This document shows positions 1 to 8,495 of a stretch of 61,526 bases of DNA, piece after piece (within the stretch, counting starts at the first letter, position 1; each line of letters begins with the position of its first letter). The DNA comes from Chthoniobacterales bacterium (lineage in GTDB: Bacteria; Verrucomicrobiota; Verrucomicrobiia; Chthoniobacterales; Chthoniobacteraceae), in assembly GCA_038325425.1 (NCBI GenBank), contig JBBQIZ010000001.1, positions 1-61,526 on the forward strand, given 5' to 3'. The notes below the pieces were generated by a model. It saw only the letters and a program-made list of their open reading frames with translations. It had not been told where the DNA came from and searched no databases. The position numbers and the translations under genes were made by a program.

Positions 1-653
1 GCGTCGCCGTCTTCGAGCCGCCGCGTGAGCGCTTCGAGCGTGGGTGGCCGGAGGAACTCGACGGTGACGCGACCGGGCGCGTGCTTGTCCAAGGCATCGA
101 GCACCGCGCCGGGATCGGCGCGCGGATCGAGGAAACCGGAGCCCGCCGGGCGGCTGACGACGAAGAGGAGATGGACGGTGTCCTTTGGCTCGACCCTGAA
201 GGTCGTGCGTCCGTCGGTCGCTCCCGCGATGCGGCGGCGGATGCTGATGCGCGGATTTTCCCAGAAAAGGAAGCCGTCGTCGGTGCCCTTGTGGTTGAGC
301 AATTCCCACGGCAGCCCGACGACGGCGGCGTGCTCAGCGGTGATCGTGAGCAATCGGGTGTCGCGCTCGGCATCCAGGAAGCGATCGAAGATGCGCCGTG
401 CGGGGTGCTCGCTGAACACGGCGTTGAAGAGCCGCTGACCGAGCACGGGGAGGAGTGCCTTGATGCGCGCTGCTTCGTGATCATCGGGATCGCCGAGCGA
501 ATGGGCGCCGTAGGTTTCCACATACCAACGGAGGTCGGCGTGATCCTTCTCGGTGAGCGGATCTGTGAACTTCAGCGCGCCCGACTCGATGTCATCGAAG
601 TGGACGCTGACGCTGTCGCGGCCTTTGAAGTTGAGATTGAGTTCGAGGGGCAT
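1..653 (-). CDS. CHAT (caspase HetF-associated-with-TPR) domain protein, 5' part only; runs off the left edge
   Basis: Not in the ORF track. Hand translation from ATG at 653: MPLELNLNFKGRDSVSVHFDDIESGALKFTDPLTEKDHADLRWYVETYG...LGQRLFNAVF...LLTITAEHAAVVGLPWELL...ISIRRRI...VHLLFVVSRP...FLDPRADPGAVLDALD...VTVEFLRPPTLEALTRRLEDGD; open to base 1. LPWELL, LLFVVSRP and FLRPPTLEAL are typical of the first half of CHAT domains. The catalytic His/Cys would lie beyond the window. Confidence 0.85.
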   Translation of the reverse strand, partial: MPLELNLNFKGRDSVSVHFDDIESGALKFTDPLTEKDHADLRWYVETYGAHSLGDPDDHEAARIKALLPVLGQRLFNAVFSEHPARRIFDRFLDAERDTRLLTITAEHAAVVGLPWELLNHKGTDDGFLFWENPRISIRRRIAGATDGRTTFRVEPKDTVHLLFVVSRPAGSGFLDPRADPGAVLDALDKHAPGRVTVEFLRPPTLEALTRRLEDGD

Positions 654-676
654 GCCACTGGGAGGTTGCGGCGCGC

Positions 677-1201
677 TCAGCGCGCCTTGGGTTTCTTCTT
701 CGCGCTGGGTTCGGCTTCGGCGGCAGCCTTGAGTTCCTTGGCGCGGGCCTTTTCCTCCTCGGCGCAGCCTTCACACACGGCTTCGATGCCGATGTTGAAG
801 GCGGCATTGAGGAGGAAAACCGTGGCAGCGACGGCGACCGGGCCGAGCGAGGCGGTGGGGATACCCATCGCGGCGAGCCACACATAGGAAGTGCGCACGG
901 CGGCCTTGCTTTCAAGGTCGCGCCACTTCTTCCACTGGTCGTGCAGGACGCCGCCGGGGAGGCAGAGGTCTTTTCGAGCGTGGCGCAGGTATTTTTGCCA
1001 GAAGGTCTCAAACTTTTCGCCGCTGGCGGCTTCTATGATGGCGCGCTGCTGCTCGGCGGCGGGGTTCTGGCGTGACGCGCCGAACCAGGTTTTGCTCTCG
1101 GGGCCGGCCTCCGGTTCGGCGTCGCGAAGGGCCTGCAATTGCTCGTCCACTTCGCGCGCGAGCAAGCTGAGTTCCGTGTCCGAAAGTGGGGCCGCGTCCA
1201 T
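677..1201 (-). CDS. Uncharacterised 174-aa protein with C-terminal hydrophobic hairpin, co-oriented 23 bp upstream of the CHAT gene
   Basis: 3' part of ORF 677..1468, likely start ATG 1201 ([22 protein letters not shown]...). Host-like codon usage. Core [30 protein letters not shown], hydrophobic [39 protein letters not shown], basic tail. Confidence 0.8.
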   Translation of the reverse strand: MDAAPLSDTELSLLAREVDEQLQALRDAEPEAGPESKTWFGASRQNPAAEQQRAIIEAASGEKFETFWQKYLRHARKDLCLPGGVLHDQWKKWRDLESKAAVRTSYVWLAAMGIPTASLGPVAVAATVFLLNAAFNIGIEAVCEGCAEEEKARAKELKAAAEAEPSAKKKPKAR

Positions 1202-1339
1202 GCGGAATCTCGCTATCGAAATGCCAGGGCGGCGTCGAGCGGAAAGTCCGCGGAGAACCGTATCGCGGCTCGGCGGCGGAGTTTGCCGACTCCCAGGAAT
1301 GTGCGCCCGGCGACGATCTCGCGCGGCCACGTCCTCGCT

Positions 1340-1730
1340 GCTTGGCGAACCGGTCACGGGTGAAGCGTGGAAGAGCGAACTGGAGAAAAATCGGTTTCGC
1401 AAACCCTCGAGGGAACCACTCGCCGTCAAAACCGAACCGCTCGGCGAACGCATCGGGGTGTCCTCCATCCCGGACGAATTGGGTTTCTATCTACTGCGCG
1501 GCACCAAACTACTCCACGCTTACGCGGTCAATCCGCCACCCGGCGAAAGCGACCTGCGCCCGATCGACCGCGCGCTCCTCCCGGAGCAACACCGCGAGCA
1601 AGGCCAGCGGGGTTTCTTCGTTGCAGGGCGCGCAGACTTCGACGACCTCATTCTCGGAAAGCCCATCTTTCCTTGGTTCGTCCTCGCCGCGGTGGCCCTT
1701 CTCGTGTTTGAACTCGCCTTCCATTTTAGC
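1340..1730 (+). pseudogene. Remnant C-terminus of a BatA/vWA-associated membrane protein (boundaries approximate)
   Basis: In the frame of ORF 891..2144: ...[29 protein letters not shown]...[22 protein letters not shown]-x4-ESDL followed by a P-W-x-L-L-A-A-type terminal TM helix resembles the end of BatA-domain proteins. No credible start, and no stop right after the TM helix. Confidence 0.45.
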
Positions 1731-1761
1731 TGCCACGCCCCGCGTCCCAATAATCATGATC

Positions 1762-3120
1762 ATGCAATGGCCGAAACTTCTCTGCGCCGACCGGCTCGGC
1801 AGCACCAGCCCGGCGGGGGCGGAACTACAGCGCTCGCCGTTTCAACGCGACTCGGATCGCATCATCTTTTCCTCCGCTTTCCGTCGTTTGCAGGACAAGA
1901 CGCAGGTTTTCCCGCTGGCCGACAACGACTACGTCCGCACCCGCCTCACCCATTCGCTGGAAGTCGCCAGTGTCGGGCGTTCGCTCGGCATGATCGTCGG
2001 CGCGGCGATCGTCGAACGCGGGGAACTGCCCGGCTATCACGCCTCCGATTTCGGGGCGATCGTCTCCGCCGCCGCGCTCGCCCACGACCTCGGCAACCCG
2101 CCTTTCGGGCACAGCGGCGAGGACGCAATCCGGGTGTGGTTTGAAAGTTCGAAGGTCGCCCAGGACGCGCGCACCATGCTCAAAAAGAACGAGCAACAAG
2201 ACATCCAGTTCTTCGAAGGCAACGCCCAGGGTTTCCGCCTGATCACGCGCCTCCAGATGCCCGACAACCCCGGCCTGCGCCTGACCTGCGCGACCCTCGG
2301 CGCCTTTACCAAGTACCCGATCGAGGCGCTCGTGCCCGAAAAAGCCCACGTCCACGAAGGCGCGAGCACCAAAAAATTCGGCTTCTTCCAGAGCGAGCGT
2401 GAGTTCTTCACTGAAGTCGCCAATCGCTGCGGCCTCATCCGCCGCACCCCGCTGCATTCCTGGTGGGCGCGCCATCCGCTGGCTTTCCTCGTCGAGGCAG
2501 CCGACGACATTTGCTACCGGCTCGTCGATTTCGAGGACGGCTTCCGCCTCGGTTATCTCGAGTACGAAGAGGTGCGCGACCGCTTCGTGCGGATCATCGG
2601 CAAGGACGACATCGCCACGCGCGCCGAGCAGATGCGCGAGAAAAAGGAGCGCATCGAGTTTCTCCGTGCGCTGGCCATCGGCGTCGCCGTCCAGCAGACC
2701 GCCGATCTCTTTCTTGAGAAAGAGGGCGCCATTCTCGCCGGCGAATTCGATCAGCCGCTGATCGATCTCATCCCGGCCGGGCCGGAGCTGGAAGCGATCA
2801 AACAGCGCTCCGTGGAAACGATCTACGGCACGCCGCGCGGGGTGGAAATCGAGGCCGCAGGCTTCGCGGTGCTCGGCGGGTTGCTCGATGATTTCGTCGC
2901 CGCGGTGAGCGATGTCGCCCGCCGGGGCAAACACGCCACGCCCCGCAGCCGCAAGCTGCTGCGGCTCGTCCCAGAGCAGTCGCTCGGGCCGAATCGCGAA
3001 CCCGACACCAGCCCATATCAGCGGCTGCTGCGGATGATCGATTTCGTCTCCGGCATGACCGACACCTACGCGGTGTCGCTCTTCAAAAAGATCCGCGGCA
3101 TCTCGCTGCCCGGCCAGTAG
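1762..3120 (+). CDS. dgt: Deoxyguanosinetriphosphate triphosphohydrolase (HD family)
   Basis: [72 protein letters not shown]. Start ATG 1756 or 1762. Confidence 0.93.
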   Translation: MQWPKLLCADRLGSTSPAGAELQRSPFQRDSDRIIFSSAFRRLQDKTQVFPLADNDYVRTRLTHSLEVASVGRSLGMIVGAAIVERGELPGYHASDFGAIVSAAALAHDLGNPPFGHSGEDAIRVWFESSKVAQDARTMLKKNEQQDIQFFEGNAQGFRLITRLQMPDNPGLRLTCATLGAFTKYPIEALVPEKAHVHEGASTKKFGFFQSEREFFTEVANRCGLIRRTPLHSWWARHPLAFLVEAADDICYRLVDFEDGFRLGYLEYEEVRDRFVRIIGKDDIATRAEQMREKKERIEFLRALAIGVAVQQTADLFLEKEGAILAGEFDQPLIDLIPAGPELEAIKQRSVETIYGTPRGVEIEAAGFAVLGGLLDDFVAAVSDVARRGKHATPRSRKLLRLVPEQSLGPNREPDTSPYQRLLRMIDFVSGMTDTYAVSLFKKIRGISLPGQ

Positions 3121-3220
3121 CGCGGGCGCCGCCCCTTGCGAGCGTCCTTTTTTCGCAAAATCGACCGTGGGGGCAGGCACGGAAGCTGCATTCCAAAGCG
3201 GGGAAGCCACTTCCCAAATT

Positions 3221-3880
3221 ATGAAATACACCCTCCTCGCCCTCGGCGCCGCGTGCGCTTTTTCCGGCTGCGCCGGCGTCAAAATCGCTCACACCGATAT
3301 CGCCTCCGGGGCGACCAATCCCAAGGCCATCTACGTCCGCTCCTACATCGCAGAAGATGCGCCGTTCAAAGGCCGCCATGGCGGCGGTGCAGGCAACCGC
3401 GAAATTCGGCGCTCGCTCGCCCCGGCGGAGTATTCCAAAGCGCTCAAGGAGGAACTCGAGAAACTCGCGCCGGCCCGAATTCTGGCCGACAACGAAATCC
3501 CGGAAACCGGCTGGCTGGTGGAGAGCGAAATCGAATACGTGCATGCGGGCAGCCCGACGTTGCGCGCGGTCCCGGTAGTCGGAACACCCGGTGGCGTGGG
3601 TCGCTCGAAGGTGAAAATCCATGTCCGGGTTACGGATCTCGATGGACGTTATGTCGAAAACAGCAAAGACCTCAGCAAGGGTGGGAGCGGCCGGGTGATT
3701 TACGAATTTGACCTCGACGGCGGCAGCCGCGGCACGGGCCATCTCGGTTCGATCTATGCCCCAGGGCTCGGTTACTCCGTGCCGTTCGATTACAAAAACG
3801 CCGCCGAGCGCGTTTACTACGCTTTGAGCGTCGATCCGCACAGCTACGGCACGCGGCAATCGCCGACCATCCGCTACTGA
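3221..3880 (+). CDS. Hypothetical lipoprotein (DUF4410-like)
   Basis: ATG 3221, MKYTLLALGAACAFSGC lipobox. HAGSPTLRAVPVVGTPGGVGRSKV resembles DUF4410-type proteins; family call tentative. Confidence 0.7.
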   Translation: MKYTLLALGAACAFSGCAGVKIAHTDIASGATNPKAIYVRSYIAEDAPFKGRHGGGAGNREIRRSLAPAEYSKALKEELEKLAPARILADNEIPETGWLVESEIEYVHAGSPTLRAVPVVGTPGGVGRSKVKIHVRVTDLDGRYVENSKDLSKGGSGRVIYEFDLDGGSRGTGHLGSIYAPGLGYSVPFDYKNAAERVYYALSVDPHSYGTRQSPTIRY

Positions 3881-3911
3881 GCGGGTCCGCAAAATTTCAT
3901 GTTGGTGGTTC

Positions 3912-3988
3912 CGGGAGGGCGGGACTTCCGCCGGGCGAAAGGTGACCAGTGAGTCGCCGCCCGGCGGAAGCCCGCCCTCCCGTTTTTT
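3912..3988 (+). repeat. Long GC-rich inverted repeat (REP-like) followed by T6; may act as a terminator
   Basis: Arm 3912-3937 CGGGAGGGCGGG(A)CTTCCGCCGGGCG pairs with 3958-3982 CGCCCGGCGGAAGCCCGCCCTCCCG (25 bp, one bulge). TTTTTT at 3983-3988. Confidence 0.8.
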
Positions 3989-4180
3989 GCGATTCGCGAT
4001 CATCGATGTCGGCCCGGTCAGCGAGGAAAAGCTCTTCGGTTTGTTCCCGGAATTGCGCGGAAAATTTCAGATGCCGCCCAAGTCGGCGCCGGTGATCGAG
4101 AGTCAGCCGTAAGCGGTCGTCGCGCGATTGGGACTTGGTTTCCCGACGCGGCGCCCGCTAGCCTGCGGGCGACTTTGCCG

Positions 4181-6313
4181 ATGAAAAACCTGACCACCGC
4201 CCACTTCCTGAGCCGTGAACTTAGCTGGTTGGAATTCAACCAGCGGGTTCTCGATGAGGCGCTCGACCCGACCAATCCCCTGCTCGAACGGGTCAAGTTT
4301 TTCACCATCACGAGTTCGAATCTCGACGAGTTCTTCGAGGTCCGCGTGGCCGGTTTTAAACAACAGGTCGAGAGCGACGTCGTCGAGCGGACCATCGACG
4401 GCAAAACGGCCAGCGAAACCCTGCGCTTCATCCGCAAGCGGGTCCGTGCGATGATCGACCAGCAATACCAATGCTGGCGCGAGGAACTGGTGCCGGCGCT
4501 GGCGAAAAACGGCATCGACCTGATCAACTACGAAAACCTCGATGAAGCCGACCGGACCTGGGTCGAGCAATACTACCGCGCCAACGTGCGGCCCGTGCTC
4601 ACCCCGCTCGGCATCGATCCTTCGCACCCCTTTCCGCAACTGCTCAACAAGTCGCTGAACATCGTCGTCCAGCTCGATATCGAGCGTGACGGCGAGACCG
4701 ATCGCCGCCTCGCCGTCGTGCAGGTCCCGCGCGTGCTGCCACGGCTCGTCCGCCTGCCGCGCGAGGACGACAAGCCGGATTTCATCTACCTGGGAGCGCT
4801 CATCGGCCACTACCTCGGGGACCTTTTTCCGGGCACGAAAATCCTCGGTTTCTGGCATTTTCGGGTCACGCGCAACGGCGAGCTCTACATCGACGAAGAG
4901 GACATCGGAAACCTGCTCAAAGCCGTCGAGAATGAGCTGCACAACCGCCGCAAAGGCGCAGCCGTGCGGCTGGAGGTCGAAATCGGCTGTCCGCCGGAAA
5001 TTTACCAATACCTCCTCGAAACGCTCGATCTCACCGAGGAGGATCTTTACGTCGTGGACGGCCCGCTCAACCCCGTCCGGCTGATGGCCATTTGCGCCGG
5101 CGATCATTCGCCCGAGCTGCGCGACAAGCCATTCGTCGGGCCGACCGCGCCCGCTTTCCGCAGCGTAAACGACCTCTTCACGGTCATCCGCCAGCGCGAC
5201 GTGCTGGTCCATCATCCGTACGAAAGCTTTGGCAGCGTCGTCGATTTCCTCGAGCAGGCGGCCGCCGATCCGAACGTCCTCGCGATCAAACAAACGCTCT
5301 ATCGCACGGGCGGCGATCCGCGCATCGTCGGCGCGCTCATGGATGCGGTAAAAAAAGGCAAGCAGGTCACCGCCGTCACCGAACTGAAGGCGCGCTTCGA
5401 CGAAGCGAACAACATCCAGTGGGCACGCAAACTCGAGGAAGCAGGCGTCCACGTCGTCTACGGCATCGTGCATCACAAAGTGCACAGCAAAGTCTCGCTC
5501 GTCGTCCGCCGCGACGAAGACGGCTTGCGCCGTTACGTCCATCTCGGCACCGGCAACTACAACCCCAGCACCGCGAAGCTTTACACCGATCTTTCGCTCT
5601 TCACCGCCCAGCCGGACTTCGGGGAAGACGCCACGAATTTCTTCAATCTCCTGACCGGCATCAGCCATTTCCAGGGCGCGAAGAAGCTCATCATTTCGCC
5701 GTTCACCACGCACGACACGATGATGGCGCTAATCAAACACGAACGCGAAAACGCCGCCGCGAAAAAGCCCGCGCGGATCATCGCCAAGATGAACTCGCTG
5801 GTGGACCGCGAAATCATCGAGGCGCTCTACGAAGCCTCGCAGGCCGGGGTAAAAATCGACCTCATCGTCCGCGGCATTTGTTGTCTGCGGCCTGGAGTGG
5901 AAGGTGTCAGCGAGAATATTACCGTGCGTTCGATCGTCGGGCGATTCCTCGAACATTCGCGCGTTTTCTATTTTGAGAACGCCGGCACGCCAAAGGTCTA
6001 TGTCGGCAGCGCCGACTGGATGCCACGCAATTTCTTCCGCCGGATCGAGGTCATTTTCCCAATCGAAGATCCCGCGCTGCGGGACCGGATCACCCACCAG
6101 ATCCTGCACGTTCTGCTCGCGGACAACGTCAAGGCGAGCTTGCTGGCCAGCGATGGGACCTATCGTCGGCCGTCCACGAGAAAGGACGCCGAGGTCCGCA
6201 GCAGTCAGGAGGAGTTCATGGCCATGGCCCTGGGCGAATCCAAAGCGCGCCGCACCGGACGGCCGGCCAAGCGCGCCTACTCGAAGATCAAAGTCGCCTC
6301 CGCGCCGAAATAG
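4181..6313 (+). CDS. ppk1: Polyphosphate kinase 1
   Basis: RELSWLEFNQRVL, SSNLDEFFEVRVAG, HHPYESF, IKQTLYR, ELKARFDE, KVHSK (phospho-His), GTGNYN, RFLEHSR, GSADWMPRN. Confidence 0.97.
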   Translation: MKNLTTAHFLSRELSWLEFNQRVLDEALDPTNPLLERVKFFTITSSNLDEFFEVRVAGFKQQVESDVVERTIDGKTASETLRFIRKRVRAMIDQQYQCWREELVPALAKNGIDLINYENLDEADRTWVEQYYRANVRPVLTPLGIDPSHPFPQLLNKSLNIVVQLDIERDGETDRRLAVVQVPRVLPRLVRLPREDDKPDFIYLGALIGHYLGDLFPGTKILGFWHFRVTRNGELYIDEEDIGNLLKAVENELHNRRKGAAVRLEVEIGCPPEIYQYLLETLDLTEEDLYVVDGPLNPVRLMAICAGDHSPELRDKPFVGPTAPAFRSVNDLFTVIRQRDVLVHHPYESFGSVVDFLEQAAADPNVLAIKQTLYRTGGDPRIVGALMDAVKKGKQVTAVTELKARFDEANNIQWARKLEEAGVHVVYGIVHHKVHSKVSLVVRRDEDGLRRYVHLGTGNYNPSTAKLYTDLSLFTAQPDFGEDATNFFNLLTGISHFQGAKKLIISPFTTHDTMMALIKHERENAAAKKPARIIAKMNSLVDREIIEALYEASQAGVKIDLIVRGICCLRPGVEGVSENITVRSIVGRFLEHSRVFYFENAGTPKVYVGSADWMPRNFFRRIEVIFPIEDPALRDRITHQILHVLLADNVKASLLASDGTYRRPSTRKDAEVRSSQEEFMAMALGESKARRTGRPAKRAYSKIKVASAPK

Positions 6314-6385
6314 ACCGCACGCGACCGACCTCCGGCACCCCCGCCTTGCCAAGCGGTCGCAGCCCGCTAGTATGCCGCCCGATCC

Positions 6386-7327
6386 ATGGTTCTCACGAAA
6401 TTTGCGACTGCTTTCGCCGTCCTCGCTGCTCTCATCTTCGCCGTCCCCGCCCGCTCCCAGGACGCCGCCGCGTATGTCATTTCCGACAACACGACCGGCT
6501 TCATCCTGGATTCGCTGAACGGACAGAAGAAACGCCCCATCGCCAGTCTGACCAAGGTGGCCACAGCCATGGTGGTGCTCGACTGGTCCACCGCGAGCAA
6601 CGCCGAACTCAATCAACTCGCCACCGTGCCGAACAGCGCGGCGCGCCTCGGCGGCGGACAGGGCGTCGGCCTTCAGCCCGGCGATCGCGTCTCCCTGCGC
6701 GACCTCCTTTACGCCGCGCTCATGCAGTCCGACAATGTCTCCGCGGAAACACTCGCCGACCATGTGGGCCGGGCCTTGAGCACCGACCGCGGCACCTCGC
6801 CCGTCGATGCCTTCGTCGTCCAGATGAACGCCCTCGCCAGGGCCCGGGGCATGCTGAAGACGAAGTTTCTCAACCCGCACGGCCTCGATAATCTGGAGCG
6901 CACGGTGCCGACTTCGACCGCCGAGGATCTCGCCCGTCTGACCGCTTACGCCATGGAAAATTCGGCGTTCCGTTTCCACGTCTCGCAACGCGAACGCAAG
7001 ATCACCATCACCACCGCGAGCGGCGAACTCTCCAACTATCTCCTCCGCAACACCAACGAACTCCTCGGCGTGAACGACATCGATGGGGTGAAGACCGGCA
7101 CCACCGCCCGCGCCGGCCAGTGCCTCATCATCTCCGCGGCCAAGCCGCCCGAGAGCCGCGAGGAAGGCGGCAAACATTTCATCACCCCGCGCCGGATCAA
7201 CGTCGTGGTGCTCGGCGCCAACGACCGCTTTCCGCTTTCCCGGTCGCTCCTCGCCCGCGGCTGGCAGGATTACGAGGCCTGGGTCGCGGCGGGCCGGCCA
7301 GCCAAAGGCTGGAAGCCGACGCGCTAG
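6386..7327 (+). CDS. D-alanyl-D-alanine carboxypeptidase (peptidase S11)
   Basis: Signal peptide; ASLTK (SxxK), SDN, NPHGL, GVKTGTT. Confidence 0.9.
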   Translation: MVLTKFATAFAVLAALIFAVPARSQDAAAYVISDNTTGFILDSLNGQKKRPIASLTKVATAMVVLDWSTASNAELNQLATVPNSAARLGGGQGVGLQPGDRVSLRDLLYAALMQSDNVSAETLADHVGRALSTDRGTSPVDAFVVQMNALARARGMLKTKFLNPHGLDNLERTVPTSTAEDLARLTAYAMENSAFRFHVSQRERKITITTASGELSNYLLRNTNELLGVNDIDGVKTGTTARAGQCLIISAAKPPESREEGGKHFITPRRINVVVLGANDRFPLSRSLLARGWQDYEAWVAAGRPAKGWKPTR

Positions 7328-7335
7328 ACCGACCT

Positions 7336-8418
7336 ATGCAGGCACCGAAACGTATTGGAGTTTTGACCAGCGGGGGAGACTGCCCCGGCTTGAATGCGGT
7401 GCTGCGCGGCGTCGTCCGCGCCGCCGCCAATCGGAACTGGAAAGTCTTCGGCTTCGTCGATGGCTTCGAGGGATTGCTGCCGCCGGGCGATTTCATCCCC
7501 CTCACCGTCGCCCGCACCGCCGGCATCATGCAGCTCGGCGGGACCATCATCGGCACGACGAATCGCGGGCACTTTGTCGCCAAAGTCGGCGACGGAACCC
7601 GCACCGAGATTCCCAAGGAGATCGTCGAACAGGCGCGCGAAACGTTGCGCCGCCTGCAGATCGACGCGGTCATCGCCATCGGCGGCGACGGTTCGCTGAC
7701 CACCGCGCTCCAACTCCACGAAGCCGGACTGCCGATGATCGGCGTCCCCAAAACGATCGACAACGATCTCGAAGCGACCGCCACGACCTTCGGCTTCGAC
7801 AGCGCCGTCGCTTGCGTGGCCGACGCGCTCGACCGCCTGCACACCACCGCCAGCAGTCACAAACGCGCCATGGTCATCGAAGTCATGGGCCGTCACGCCG
7901 GCTGGATCGCACTTTACGGCGGACTCGCCGGCGGCGCCGACATCATCCTGATCCCGGAGATTCCCTTTGACTACGAGCGCGTGGCCGAAGCGGTGCGGAA
8001 GCGCGATGCGGAAGGTTGCCTGAGCACGCTCATCGTCGTCGCCGAAGGTGCCACGGAAAAAGACGGGCACCTGCGCGCGCGGGCGAACGAGGGCGGCGAA
8101 GACAAACTGGGCGGCATCGGCGAGGCCGTTGCCCGCGAAATCGCCGGGCGGACCGGCAAGGAAACGCGCACCTGCGTGCTCGGCCATCTCCAGCGCGGCG
8201 GCGCGCCGACCACACTCGACCGCATTCTCGGCACGCGTTTCGGAGTCAAAGCCGTGGAATTGATCGCCGAAGGCAAGTTCGGTCAGATGGTCAGCTATCA
8301 AAACTACCAGACGCTCAGCGTGCCGATCGCGGACGCTGTGCATCGGATCAAGGTCGTCCAACCCGAGAGCCAGATGGTCCAGACGGCCCGCGCGGTCGGG
8401 ATTAGCTTCGGCGACTAG
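7336..8418 (+). CDS. pfkA: 6-phosphofructokinase (group III, GGDG/PKTIDND type, likely ATP-dependent)
   Basis: GVLTSGGDCPGLN, GGTIIGTTNRG, IGGDGS, PKTIDND, EVMGRHAG, LGHLQRGG. ATG at 7336. Confidence 0.95.
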   Translation: MQAPKRIGVLTSGGDCPGLNAVLRGVVRAAANRNWKVFGFVDGFEGLLPPGDFIPLTVARTAGIMQLGGTIIGTTNRGHFVAKVGDGTRTEIPKEIVEQARETLRRLQIDAVIAIGGDGSLTTALQLHEAGLPMIGVPKTIDNDLEATATTFGFDSAVACVADALDRLHTTASSHKRAMVIEVMGRHAGWIALYGGLAGGADIILIPEIPFDYERVAEAVRKRDAEGCLSTLIVVAEGATEKDGHLRARANEGGEDKLGGIGEAVAREIAGRTGKETRTCVLGHLQRGGAPTTLDRILGTRFGVKAVELIAEGKFGQMVSYQNYQTLSVPIADAVHRIKVVQPESQMVQTARAVGISFGD

Positions 8419-8495
8419 GCACCGCCGGAACGTGGCTTGCCGCGCCGCGCCCAGGCTTTTCCTCCCGCCCACGCGCTAAGCGTCCCCCACGCGCG

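Noticed and set aside
81-887. Plus-strand ORFs 25..438 and 81..887
   Set aside because: They are antisense shadows of the minus-strand CHAT gene and its partner, which carry the recognisable motifs.
1186-1755. 190-aa N-terminal extension of dgt in the ORF track (644 aa)
   Set aside because: Arg/Pro/Ser-rich and non-protein-like; dGTPase similarity starts at MQWPKLL (1762).
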